DNA of 64,000 nt from Tubiluchus corallicola (GCA_030141605.1 JAQGDQ010000037.1:744001-808000), one strand, 5' to 3'. Shown: positions 51,301 through 64,000, counted from the first letter of the stretch. Made by a program: numbers and translations. Notes: a model not told the origin generated them from the letters alone.

Positions 51301-54300
51301 ACAGTCTGAGATGTCGGTAGTAGAAATTCTAATTTTATTTATTATCGACTGTTTAATACTCTTATAATACAATATTAGTTTTCGTCGTGGTCAGTTTTTT
51401 GTATTGTCTCTAGTTTTTCAAAATTTCTCTCATTTCCTTACTGTATTATTGTAAATGCTTAAAATTTCATTTGTGTATTGAACAGCTGTCATTTGTGCAT
51501 TTCGTTTACATATCATGTATTGTGTACCAAACACAGGTCTACAGCCCTCTATCATGCGCTAATGCAGTGTACTGTCATAATAGACCATGGACCTAATCCT
51601 ACGTGTCTCCCCTTCTAGAGAACGTTTTATTCAAAACGATAATATGAAGGTATATTACCTTTGATTTCACACAAATTAATACTATGGAAAGCAATAGCTT
51701 TTAAATGAGTTCATGCTTATAAAAGCTTGGAATTTAGCTTTAAGGCAAACTTTTTTTTACAAAGTTCAAAATTGAAAATTATGGCAAGAATGTAAAAACA
51801 AAAGAAGTTGAACAAATTACATCAAAACACTAATACTGGTTAATGCCAATGCTGTACAACTTCTAACTATTAACTTTTAACTAAATAGCTAGTTAGCATG
51901 ACTAACATGCACCTCTTTAAGTTAGCAAGTTAACTCTAAACTTTAGCAACCTTTCGAAATGGTTAATGGCAAATGGATGTAGGCCTAACTTCTCGTTCTT
52001 TACTAAACTGCTGTACCTCATTTCCACTTCGAGATAACCGATTTGCGGCAAAAAATGAGATGTCCACATTATCAACTTTACCACTCAAGTTGACACTTTG
52101 CAAAACAGAGAGGTTGGCAACTACCAACTCATTTACAAATGTTATCTCACCTGTAATTTCAAAAAAAAATGTAAATAATTAAAGGTGTGTGTAAAATAAA
52201 CCAAGCACTGACTAAATAAAAAAACATCAAAATGTGTTTATGAAATAAACCAAGTGTTGACGCTTTCATTTCTTACCCAGTATTGGTTGAGGCGCAAGTC
52301 TGCGAACAGGATCTGTGCCAATATCAATACCATTGAGATCCTCAATTATAGCGAGATTTCCTTTAATTTCAACAGGCAATGTAAAATTCTAGAAAAAGAA
52401 AATAACAGAATTACATTACAAAAGCAAAAACCTGCATTCTGTGCGTTGCTTTATAACCTTTGCTCTAATACAGATGCGCGCTTATAAAATTAAAATTTCA
52501 GGAAATTATTCTATTTAAGATGATCTTTGTGAAAAAGTTTGTTAAACAAAATTAATTTAAAAAAGAAAAATGCAATAAATATAGCAACACATATAGCAGA
52601 ACCTTTAGCATGACTAATGCAACACAGTAATTACTAAATAATAGTGCAAGAAATGCAAGTAAGGTACGACAGCATAGAAGAGCAGCCTTATAAACATTTT
52701 TCATAAATTTGCTTCTTGTGCTTCTACCAGTACAAACATGTTCCAAGCACTAACCTTATTACCACCTATAATTTGTTCACCATATATAGTCAGGCAGGTT
52801 GCATTCAAATCTTCTATGTCTACACCATCCACATAAGTATCTACTCTTGCAATTTCGGTGATGGTGACAGAATTAGTAAACACATAGTAACCTGGCACAC
52901 AAATAACAAAACATAAATATGACAAACTAACGGATACTTATTATATGCTTAATTACATTAAAAATTGAGGTTTATATTCAAAAATGCATCTAAGTAAGCC
53001 AGCAGTGGTTGATTACTGATAATACAATAATTGAAAACAATACTAAATTTTAAACTGTGAAAAATTTTGACCCTCCATTGGGAGTATGGGTACCAAACCT
53101 AAGACTCTCTGGTTTGTGAGCAGCTGTGCAAAAGCACAGAGGCACTGGATTATCCAGACTACGAAGGCTCCACTAGATTCTAGCAGCGAGGAATCATAGT
53201 CCCTACTACACAGGACATGATGCGAGAACAATCCAAAAAACGTAAGAAAGCAATGATAAATTAGAAATTAATTATATCACTATAAACATCCTACCATCAG
53301 CTACTTGATCGCTGAAGTTATCTAGGAAGTCTTGTGTAATATTATATTCATTGACAGTCCCTCCAAGAACGACATTCCCTTCTACTGTCATGTCAAGAAA
53401 AGACTTGTGTCCAGTTATCAAGGCAGCTGAAATAAAATAGTTTGATAATTATTTTCTGTGAACAGTACGAGTTTTGTGACGTAAAAAGACAGACCTCAAA
53501 ACATTGCCTGTGAACTAATCTCTCCTTATAGACGACAACAAATGGCATTTTTACATAGTAACTACATTTTTTGCTACACGCATATTTAATCAATAGCAAT
53601 GTTAGTGTGCCAATTATTGTGCGAGTACTCGTATGGTTTCTCTTAGGAAAGATATTCAGGTGCTGTTTTATGATTCACGCTATGCCGCACATCTGAACAT
53701 GGCCGAATAGCGAAATCCCTTGATGACTTTGAATGTGGTTGCACTATGTACAAAGTAAACGACATCAGTATGAGTTACCTCGAGAAGTATTAACTCTTTT
53801 GATTTAATGCATTTGACTTTTGAGTTCTTGAAATATATAGTATTAATTTTTGGCTTTGCGCACACAGTAATATTCCTACTTGTAAGTAAACAACAGACAA
53901 GTGCAATCAACTATCTGCCCCAGCTATAGAAGCTTTTTTTCTAGCTTGGTACAATGACAGTTAATAGCAATAAATGTATATTGTATAATTAATGCATGGT
54001 AGCTCTCTAGAAACTTGCGTCTCCAGCATGCCGCACATTTTATTTATGTACTTCACAGCTCCATTTGTAGAGTGTTAAAGATTTAAACTCATGTACAAAA
54101 CTTACTCAAGAGATTACTATAATGGAGTTAATTCTGAATTGTCCAAACCATATAACATAGTGTTTATCCAATAGACTACTATTTGGTGAACATAAAGTCC
54201 TCTTTGGAAAATAATAAAAAAATACTTACAAGAATCTGAAAGCAGGATAGTGTCATTATAAACAGCAGATAAATCGAATCCATTGATCTTATAACTAGAA

Positions 54301-57300
54301 ACATCAGAAGCGAAGAACACGTCATCAAAAAATACAAACGCTCCTGAAATATAATGCTGAATTTTAACATCAATCTATATACATCAGAATAACAGACCTT
54401 CTGGTAAGACAGTTCAGCCATCTTTAATTTTTACACGTAAAACAAAGAGTGCTGTATAAGTCACATTACCTGTAACATTTTGTTCAGTAGAAAGCTTGAA
54501 GACAATTTTATCAAATTCGCTGATGTCCACAGATTGCACTGTCTTCAATTCAGCCATGTCCAAGTTACCCCAAATTGTAACAGGCCCAGTGAAGGTGACA
54601 GGAAAATCTATGGTATCATTTCCTGTTAAAAAGAAAACTTGAGATAAATTTAAATATTAGCTCGTAAATCATTTTACCTTGTTCAGGAACGACATTGGGC
54701 ACGTATGTCTCCTTGAGCAAGAAAAAAAAAGAATAATTTTTAAATGAATAAATAATCCATCAAATGAAAAACAAACTTATGCCACAGCACTAAAAAACAG
54801 CAAAATTCAAACTCTACTTATGTAAGACTCGAATTCCTAAATTTTTCATGCAACTAGTTACTAGACTGTAAAAATTTGCGAAAAAAACTTTCGATTAACA
54901 TTTGTGGTAGCAGTTGTAACGATTCCTTTTTTGTTAAGCATTGCTCATAGGACGAACAAGTAAAAATATTACATATTTGCTCAGTTAGTTCACAGTTGTG
55001 GCAAATCAGAAATTCTAACGATGTCAGAAGAAGGTGAGTGAAACAAATTTTTGCCAAAACAACCTCAGGAGAAATTTGAAAAATATTATTTCTTATTGTA
55101 AAATGTTATTTTAAATGTTTTGTTTGTTTATTTGTGTTTTGTTGGAGTCATAGTTCAACTACAATTAAAAGGGATTACCGGTAAGTGTAATAGCATCTTC
55201 ACTGAGGTCAACATACTCAACTGTTTTGCCAGGCGCAACAGTTACAGCTTCAGCAATTGTCACGTTGCCCAGAAATTTGTTAGAAGCCGTAATAGTCTGC
55301 GGTGCTGTTTGCAAAAAATAACAAAAATGCTACTAGCTTAGTCACATGATCTTCTTTTAACTAAAATATTAATGCTCATAAAAGATCAAACACAAAATAT
55401 GATTTTACTGAAGTTGAACATTCCACTGAAGGAGGATAAGTGAAAAACTAAAAATACAATCAACTATTAGGCCTGTAATAATACACCTAAGTCACAGCAT
55501 GATACACATCATAATACTATCCCTCACGATACGACCTGCTCACAGCATGATACACATCATGATGCTATCCCTCACGATACGATCTGCAGGCTTTAATAAT
55601 AAAACTAGATTAATCTGTCGATATATTATAAATATATCTTAGATATATTAAACAATTTCAAGATTCAGCAAACTGTTTGATTTCTTTTTATACTCTTGTA
55701 CTGTTTGCACTGTAAGCTACCAGAAATGTAAAACAATTCAATACTTTTGATTTAAAATATGCTGGTGAGTTGTCTAGTCCATATTTGCTGTAAGCCATTT
55801 CAGAAACATAAGCAAAAACATAATTAGCCTACTATAAATTATCATAAACACATTGCGCTTTCAACTGCTTCACCTTGGCTGCCTGGTTAAGTCTGGTCAA
55901 AGCTGAGTTCACTGCACTGAATCTACAATACATTCTTTAGCTGTGCTTTAATTATTTCACACTGTTTTTATCAGCGGGACAATCAAACATGTGCTAAATA
56001 TCAATGATTCAGGCTATCACTATACTGGTATTCACGTATCGACACAAAAAGTATCAGAATGTATCGAAGTAATTGTTACAGGTCTATCTACCAATAATGA
56101 AAATTTATGCCGATACTTACTTGATGTAGTCATATAGTCATTGATATCATGTCCAGCTAATTTTGCAAATCCGAGAACAATAATGTCTCCATAAATTTCA
56201 AGATCACCAAAATGACATTTAGTTGGAAACACAGCATCTTCATCAATAAAAATGGCTCTTGATAAAATATCGGTGAGGTTTAGTTTGTTTAACAATCCAT
56301 TTAAGTTGACATACTTTGCAATAACAGTCTGTTGAAAGTGCAAAGCTGAAAAAACGATTTTTTTTAAGTAACGGCAACTGTAACAAGTTACTTTTTTGGA
56401 CATTTTTACTGTAACTGTAATGACTCATAGCAAGTAGTAACTATAAGCATTAACAGTTACACTTACAAAAACAGACTTTTCCCACATAAACTATAAGTCA
56501 GTAGCCAACATGTAATGCATAGCATACTAAAGTTGGCATAGTGGCAGCACTGGAATCTAGCTAATTATCAAGGACAGTAATCTGAAATGAGACACTAAAC
56601 CAACATTGCACAGATAATTAAGCGCACAATGAGCATGTAGTAGACTCCTCATAAAATTGCAAGAGTTAATAATTAAGTGAAATAACAACTTACTTCTTAT
56701 ACTAGAAGCCTGTTAATTGACTGACACTATGCCTGAAAATTCTGAAGAAAACTTTAATACAATTTTCAGGCACAACATTAGACAGTTAACAAGCTTCCAG
56801 TATAAGATATAAATTATTAATTCACTTGATTATGAACTCTTGCAAATTTACAAGGAATCTATTACATGCCCATTGTGTGTCTAATGTCTGTGCTGCAATT
56901 TTATTGTACCCCATTTAGGTCCTATTTCTCACTTTTTAATATATTTCTACAAAGGTGTTTCTTCTCTATGACAGCTAATACCAGTAAAAGCACCAAAAAA
57001 AAAAAACAAGTCACAATTACATTACAATCACGAGTAAAATTGTAACATACTGGCATTTGTCACTACTTGACCACCAGATTTTCTGAGAATCTTCTTGTCC
57101 AAGTTCGTGATGTTATGACCATTGAACAAGCCAACCGCCGTATAATTTTCAACAATCAAATGCTTGAATACTTTTTTGCCTAAAATAATAAAATAAAAAA
57201 TGACACTGCAAATACCTGAACAGAATTTACTCGTGCAAATAAGTGCTACCAGGGAACTTGTGAAAAACAATTTTATACATCACATTTATGCATGTATTTT

Positions 57301-60300
57301 CTGCCAACACACTGACCACAAAACTGGATGCAAAAAAGTCACCCAGGCGGAATCTATTACGCTGTTGACAATAAAAAAAGACAAACAGCACTTTAGTCAT
57401 TAATCACGGTAAATAATCACATGCCAGGCCTTCTGAACTGTCTGTTTTTTTCTAGCGAAAAAATTAAAATATTGCTGCATCACATACATTAATATTAACA
57501 TACAAAAGCACAAGGGCATCTATTTCTTGGGACGAGTTTTTTAGTGATGTTCCAGAATGTTCTGAGCATGACATAATCAGGACAAGCAACAAGAAGACCC
57601 AAACATAATGTTGGAGCTATAAGAAAAAGTTAATAAAAAAAAGTCAGGGAAGGAAACTGAGAGGTGACCATGGCCCAGACTGTGTAATGTAATGAGGCTT
57701 GTGTCTAAATAAAGCAGTCAATAAGAGGAAGTCACTAAATAAACTATCAGGAAAGAAAACTGAGAGGTGACCATGGCCCAGACAAGGCAATATAATGTTG
57801 GTTTGTGAGGCTTGTGTCTAAATAATGCAGTCAATAAGATGAAGTCATTAAATAAACTCAGGAAAGGAAACAAAGAGGTGACTATGGCCCAGGCAATGCA
57901 ACATAATGATGTTTGTATCTAAATAAAGCAGTCATTAAGAGGAAGTCACTAAACAAACTATCAATGAAGGAAAGTAAGAGGCGACTATAAACAAACTATC
58001 AATGAAGGAAAGTAAGAGGCGACTATGGCCCAGACGTCCAATATAATGAGGTTTTTGTCTAAATAAAGCCACCAAAATGAATAAATATAACATGGTTATC
58101 AATACTCTCAGTAACAAATTCCATGGGTAGATTTAAAATCCTCATACACAGTAAATACAGGATTGCAGCCATTAGCAACTGACTCCAATGCTGATACAAC
58201 AAAATTTAAAATAGCCAAGTAAGATTTAATATTAATATGATTAACCTGTAATGAAATAGTAGTCAGCATCCAATTTGATAACATCTTTTCCAACATCAAT
58301 ACCATTGACATAGCCACCCACGTCTGCATCTCCATTAACAGTAGTATGCTTGCTGAATTTATTCACACCTAGTGAAATAAATAAAAGAAAAGTTATTAAC
58401 ATAGAACAAAGTCATAGAACAGTGTAACATACTGAGCAAAAGAGTAAGAAAAAAGTGAAGCCCCGGGCGGCAGCAAGCATTTAGTATATGAAAGGGTTCT
58501 CCCGAGACTTGCCATTTTAATATAAGAAAATGTCGAATGCCCATGCAGTCAGTCTCAAAAGAATTTTTTTATTTCATACAGAAGCTTTCACCCTAGCGGG
58601 CTTTATCAGTTGACAAATTACAGATAAAATGCTAAAAACAGTATATACCAGTATGAAACAAGGATGTTAAAAGCTAAATTAACATATCTGATTTAAGATA
58701 CAGTAAGTTGGAGAAAGATTAAAATTGACTGGATAGGAAGAAAAAAACAAGCACTATACAAGTGCTAAAATGCTTAATTAAAGAAAGTAAACAGTATAGG
58801 TATAACAAACATACACTCATATCTCGGTTTGCCGGACAAAAGCGGGTGAATTTGCGGATTGTCTGTATTTATCGATACTAAGCTAATACAGTAGGGTGCT
58901 GTGTATTAAACTCACGGTAATGTAGAATCAATTGCCTAATTGTCTCAAAAACATCTAGTACATACCGCTCCTATGCAAAAGTATATAAAAACTGTCTGCA
59001 ATTGACTCAAATAACTCCGCACAATTGATTATATTTTTCTGCACATGCTTTACATTGATGTAAACAAACTGACACCCCGTCAAGTAGTGGTCAGCTGACA
59101 AAACAATGGATTGTGTTCATAGTATGCGGGACTTTTTAACAGCCCAGATTTTGTCTGATTCTTCCAATATCCGTAAAAGCGAGGTTCGGCAAACCGAGAT
59201 ACGAGTGCACTTGCATAGGCCATGCTGACTGCAAGAAACAAAAATAATTATTTTGAGACTACAAGGGCATTCAACGTTTTCCTAAGCAGGTACTGTATTT
59301 TCGCTGTGCATTTTGTATTGGTAACGTGATTTCACTGTATCCCTTTTACACCGATTCTCACATTCACCAGTACAGCTTCCGTTACATGTATTACAGTGGC
59401 AGAGTTCAGACGAAAATGACAGTTTTGAAAGCTGTACACTATGTTCATACTGTAACTGAAAATATTAATCAACAAAAGTAAGGCACTGACATCCAGTAAA
59501 TATAAGTGAAAAATTTGAATTTTATGTGAAATAATAAGAAAAACTAATACAAAAATTAATTTCACTTGATAACATTCCACGATTATACACTAGAGAAATT
59601 CACTATTGTACCGGTTAGTACTTGTGAGCCTGATTTTGTGACAACTTCTTCACCAAAACTGATTGCATCAGCACTTGAAACATTGTCCCCATAAACTTTT
59701 CCAATAATGTTAACATTGCCATCTACATAAAGATTTCCTTGGAATATCTTTGGTCCAGTGATATTTCTGCTAAGTCTGTCATCCCTGAAGGTGATCAATA
59801 AAACATTTACATTCAGATTACCAATAAATCACACAATTTGTTTTAAAATAGAAAATATCGGTACAGCAAGACGGGCAGCTTAAATTTAAGGCATCACACA
59901 ATAACATTTACTTCAAGAAATAAATATTACAATAATACAATTAGATTTTCTGTAACGACGTTATAATAAATGCAGATGGCACTGATTCACTCAAGCTTTA
60001 TGTATATCCATCAGTAAGATGATTTCTTCTCAAGTAGAAATTTGAAATACAAACAACACTTGCCAGTAATCTTTTGAAGCAGGCTCCATGCAGTGGAACA
60101 GTGGCTGATGATAAAAAACAGAACTGATTAGGCCATTCAGGGAGATTGAAATGAATGAAATTTTGACCATGTTACACTATGATGTTATTCAAAAGTATTC
60201 CATTAAATTTGAAGTTAACAAGGTAATTTTAGCACTGCCTTGTTATGAAATAGCATTGCCAGAAACCACAAAATTCGAGTATTCCAGTTCTTTCCAGGAC

Positions 60301-63300
60301 CAAACTTTCTTAATACCGAAGTAGTGGGGTTTTTCAATAAAATAAACAAAAAATAACAAGAGAATCTTAACTAACCGTACGACTTCACTGTTAAGTTTGC
60401 TCATCGACACATTGTTAATTTCAGAAGTAAATAAATGGTGAGTGTGCAAATTGTAAAACATTTTTGGCCTGTCTTCGAATGTGATATTGCTTGTTGCATT
60501 TTGCCAAGTTGCATTCAGAAGAAAAGCATCTGAAATAAAATAAAATGTAGTATTCTCAATGGAATTCTATACAAAGCAAAATTTGATAAATATTTTGTAA
60601 TAACTAAATGCAATCTGCAAGGAGTAGCAACAGTATTAATTACCTTGCAGACGCAAATCAGTTTCATTGATAGCCGCCAACTGATTGTTCAACTGCTCCG
60701 TGAGTTCTTCCAGTGAAAAAGCATACTCTGATATGTTAAGAGTTTCATTTCTGCCGTCAACTGTTATCTTACCTGAAGTGTTAATTGAAAATTAATAGTG
60801 ATAGGATTTTAAATAAATAAGTAGTTCTGCTTTTAAATACACATAATAGACAGATTCCTGGCTGTTACAGCTTTAGTTTACCCTCAATAGGCCTACATTA
60901 GTATATGGTATCAATTATATTGTATTAATTTCACAGGCACAATAGCTTTATTTGCTTTGGAATTGTTCTCCTTATCTGGCACAGAATAATGACGAACAAC
61001 TCGCACTATTAAAATTATGATTAGAAACAGCATATCACAAAAACCTACTCGAAATGCACTAAATTTAACACTTTACAGTCTTGCCTATCATAACCTATAA
61101 CATACAAAAACAAACAGCCTTCAAAATATAAAACTAATTGAAGTATGTTTTTTATACATTTGCAAGTCAGAATCTTGGGGGTCCGTGCTTAGCGAGATAT
61201 CTGAGTGTGACTAAATCGTGGTTCATTATTAAGGATATCCTTCTAAAACAAGCCACTAGACCAGCAGAAGTGTCTCAGTGCCACATTCGGAGTTTAGACG
61301 TATATATCCTATATCTCAATAAGGTTGAGGTTGCTGATATTATTCATGAAGTTTACTAATGGTACTATATTATTATGGCCTTTAATTTTACAGTAATATC
61401 ATGTTGTACACACATTTTGGTATATCATATATTACATTTATATATTTTTTCATCTAACCTTATTAGCTTTACCTATACTGCTATTTATTGACTAATCCTT
61501 GTACATAATTTTGTTATTGTACTCGACTATGGATAAATAGTAATAATAATAATAACGATAACAAACTCGTGTAAAACCAAATGTGCTCATCCACTCAGTC
61601 ATGATTAAATCAATGAAATTTAAACAAGCGAAAAAAACTGTAGCTTACCAGCTTTACTTTATAAATTATATTAATTGACAGGTGGGTTATGGAACAGTTA
61701 TATATGACGACACTACAATAGCATACAGAAGCAACATGGCTATACAAACTTCTGTTTCACAAGTTATTCACTAGTTCAACTTCAAATTTTTTGTTCCTAT
61801 TCGACTAACGACGTTTATCTTGCGTCGTTCTCTTACTAAATACTTGGGAATGTTTTTGTAGCTCAGGTGGTAGAATGTTTGAGTACTAATCCCAAGTCTC
61901 GGGTTCAAATTCCAACTAGTCAACAATTTTTCAGTATCTGCTTTCTCCAACTCATTATCCGCAATGGGTAATAATTGGTAAAATGAACCGCAATGGTTTA
62001 TAAAAATTCTGGCAATCACAGTCATATTTAATAAATGTTTTTGAGTCTAGTTTTGAAGTTTTGTGCTGTTCTCTTCAGCTGTCATGCTGATTTGGGGCAG
62101 AAGTGTCAGACTGCATGAGCTCCTCGATCATACACAATGCCATGTATTTTTGTATAGCTGCATTAAGAGCAAGGTGACAAAATTCTCCCACACTATAATA
62201 ACAGATGAGAAATGTACCTCTGTTACTCACGAAGTGTTATCTAATGTCGATTAATCAAGCATGTGCAAAAAGTTGTTGGCTTAGTTTTTTTCAAAAAAAG
62301 GTGGCACTCACTTTTAGGAGCACAGCACTTGACATATAGCTATGTATGACTAACATCACCAAAATCCTCTTGAATCGTAGACTCGGTAACTAGATTGTCA
62401 TGTGGATCCCTATCGTAATTTCTATTTTATTAAACTTTTAAATGCAATGAGTGACTTACCAAACATTCTTTATACCGAGAAAAATTCTCAGAAGACAATG
62501 GTGACATTCGGATAAATTCATTAAACTTTAATACCTCCAGCCACAGACAAGTTGCTAGCTTTTAATTCTCTGTTAATAATAACAGGTTTCAAGATGGTGA
62601 GGTTCCCAGTAATGATCTGACTGCTGTTATCTTTGAGTGCATCATCAAATATTGTTCTTGTAAGGTTAATGTTTAGTTCATGTTGCTGAGTCTTCTCCTG
62701 GAAATCAAACAGCAGATATCACGAAACTCGAATTTCTACTAATTAGGGATATTAATCATAACGATATGTATCGATGCAAAAAACTTATTTTCATCACTAT
62801 CGTACCAATGTTATTTCACTAATGTCGTTATCGCATCGAATGTGGCACGTATCGTTGCTTCTCACTTACCTTGATAAAATCGCTTAACTTTTCTTTTCTA
62901 TATATTTACAATAATTACACAAAGAAGCGGATAAAACTATAAGCTTGTTAGACGCTAATTCACTTTCTTGTACTTTCGCCAGGCAATAAAGGCTATCTTC
63001 ATTCTGAATCATACTCACAAAGTATAGAGACACCTTTACACACTTTGATACTTACGCACGGATTATTAATGATACTTTTTCTGTTGTGGCTTAAATTGTC
63101 TAACTTCAGTACCATTTTTTAATATTCGAAATAACTTATCACATTATATCGTTATCGTCTAAAAAATAGTTTATCCTTATTGTATTGTTGGAAAAAATAC
63201 AGTATCATATTGTTATTGTATCGCAAAATTTGTATCATTTAACATCCCTACTACTAATGATAATAAACGTGAATGAATTAATAAATGAACTAGTGAACGA

Positions 63301-63986
63301 AAAAAAGGAATTAAAGCGTACAAATATACTTACAATAGCTTTGTCCACATTTTTCTTAACATCTAAAGCTTGAACCATTACTGGATCGGGAACTTCAACG
63401 ACATTAGCAAGAAGAGTATAAACATTAACCAGGGACACACCATTTGTAAATGGTAAATACACATGGGACTTGAAATTGCAAACGCTGAACTGAGGTATGG
63501 TTCCAACAACATCCAAATCTGTAAGAGCAATAAGAAAGTTGAATAGAAAAGTTGACATTCTATAAATATAATTAAAAACATACAATAAGAAACATGTTAG
63601 CAAAAATGACTAATGCTTGTTGTATACTCATTAAATATTATGTGTGAATAGAAAGAAAGGACCACTATGGTTATGACCGGTACATAAAGCCCACTCATTT
63701 AATTCCTGCATTAGTGCAAAAGCCAAAAATGTTATTTGTTCTGTTCGCATATTGAATACCAAACACTGCAACAGAAAGACCACAGTAAGTATAGATTTAC
63801 CTTGTTTTTCAGATATGACAAACGAGTTCTTCACAGCATCAACAGTACGAATAAGCACAGCAACAGAACTGTTGTACTGAACCAAGACTGCTACTTCTTC
63901 GTTCCAACCATAGTCAGGATTAAAGGCTGCTTTCACACTTCTTGCACCAGCTATCTCAATTTGTTGATGTTCGACAAATCTATACC
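33323..63986 (-). CDS. Giant secreted-type EAR/EPTP-repeat and VNG-repeat protein (Closca/Nasrat/Polehole-like); last 38 exons, 5' end beyond the window
   Basis: Phase-consistent GT-AG exons: 63986-63801, 63518-63334, 62697-62535, 60772-60644, 60529-60376, 59784-59612, 58368-58246, 57179-57051, 56345-56121, 55304-55179, 54622-54470, 54343-54230, 53426-53295, 52891-52755, 52388-52277, 52150-52017, 50663-50507, 49545-49427, 49288-49157, 48797-48689, 48351-48199, 47468-47337, 46726-46623, 45770-45617, 45398-45297, 44464-44295, 43624-43462, 42551-42400, 41543-41499, 41126-41009, 40250-40077, 39727-39626, 38129-37923, 37079-36964, 36813-36679, 35259-35100, 34569-34423, 33366-33323 (TAA). Total 5,270 nt, ~1,755 aa with no stop. 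EAR-like blades (YRFVEHQQIEIAGARSVKAAF; FEVKFKIDYSDAVDLEIFE) flank Q-I-T-G-x-K-x-F...VNG-x-D repeats; many N-x-S/T sequons. The family call is from pattern recognition, not a search. Confidence 0.75.
38560..39260 (+). mobile_element. Degenerate L2-clade LINE RT fragment (intronic)
   Basis: Frameshifted GVPQGSVLG, KLN...KTE, IKNLGV, AETLVREFISSR.HYCNSVLVGLP and AAR..TG motifs. Confidence 0.75.
40302..40958. mobile_element. Degenerate hAT-like MITE related (inverted) to 62744-63250
   Basis: Termini caggggtgttaaac / gtttaacac; shares internal segments (gccaggcaa, acaagcttata) and cgata-rich subterminal repeats with the 62.7-kb copy. Confidence 0.6.
43862..44222. mobile_element. Degenerate inverted copy of the Harbinger-like MITE at 17922-18376
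   Basis: gggccatcca ... gatttcgaggac ... cctacctaccttg ... cctaaacttgatattgttatatgtg is the reverse complement of the first copy. Confidence 0.7.
44617..44922. mobile_element. hAT-like MITE (old)
   Basis: Imperfect TIRs CAGGGATGGATTAT / ATAATCTAGCACTG, GGGCCCC subterminal motifs, and a degenerate 8-bp TSD (cccaaatc / cacaagtc). Confidence 0.55.
47778..48003. repeat. Tandem duplication, ~113 bp x2
   Basis: Units start gctctaactaagat at 47778 and 47891 and share ttttttcttggtggtttata and gtgtcattt. Confidence 0.85.
48900..49030 (+). mobile_element. tRNA-derived SINE-like head (degenerate)
   Basis: A-box-like tggtagtgtgc and B-box-like ggttcaactc followed by gagtcatattaaagac; no complete cloverleaf. 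Similar relics at ~42640 and ~34680. Confidence 0.4.
55492..55587. repeat. Tandem duplication, 48 bp x2
   Basis: tcacagcatgatacacatcat(a/g)at(a/g)ctatccctcacgatacga(c/t)ctgc occurs twice. Confidence 0.9.
57640..58075. repeat. Degenerate minisatellite, ~100-120-bp units x4, with an internal short duplication
   Basis: Recurring gaggtgac(c/t)atggcccag ... tctaaataaagcagtca.taagaggaagtcactaaa.aaact blocks. Confidence 0.85.
58814..59207. mobile_element. Tc1/mariner-type MITE
   Basis: 21-bp TIRs CACTCATATCTCGGTTTGCCG / CGGCAAACCGAGATACGAGTG (one mismatch); TA on the left flank and CA on the right. Confidence 0.75.
62744..63250. mobile_element. hAT MITE
   Basis: TIRs TAGGGAT(A/G)TTAA / TTAACATCCCTA; perfect 8-bp TSD CTACTAAT (62736-62743, 63251-63258). 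Confidence 0.88.
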
Positions 63987-64000
63987 CTAAAGTATAACAT

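Noticed and set aside
57640-58075. Repeat array superficially like a CRISPR array
   Set aside because: Eukaryotic intron; units are degenerate along their whole length with no unique spacers and no cas genes. It is a minisatellite.
62453-62534. Strong-looking downstream donor (TTG|gtaagt ~62459) for the 62697 exon
   Set aside because: Using it would include an in-frame TAA; the donor at 62535 (G|gtatta) preserves phase with the next exon. It could at most be a poison isoform.

Overview
AT-rich, intron-rich genomic DNA from an invertebrate animal; the taxon cannot be determined from the sequence alone. Manual splicing across GT-AG boundaries supports five host genes. (1) The 3' end of CFAP70 (+). 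(2) A complete MOCS1 gene (-) with MOCS1A and MOCS1B ORFs. (3) GADD45GIP1/CRIF1 (+), head-to-head with MOCS1. (4) An intronless SNAG/C2H2 ovo-like gene (-). (5) The last 38 exons (~1,755 aa) of a giant Closca/Nasrat/Polehole-like extracellular protein (-), with EAR/EPTP-like repeats at both ends and a long fibre-like repeat core. Introns carry many transposons: a Penelope-like relic, RTE/I-group/CR1/L2 LINE pieces, and hAT, Harbinger, Tigger and TGT..ACA MITEs. Most notable observations: the MOCS1A stop is UGA-CUA (a readthrough-type context) and stays in frame with MOCS1B after splicing, alongside two splice routes that bypass it; 3' ends of three different LINE clades are stacked co-directionally behind one tail; a dense CAGGTG plus Ovo-site cluster lies upstream of ovo; a 912-bp MITE sits in the MOCS1/GADD45GIP1 divergent promoter; and the giant protein has a dumbbell-like propeller-fibre-propeller architecture. 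All coordinates were read by hand and no database searches were run.
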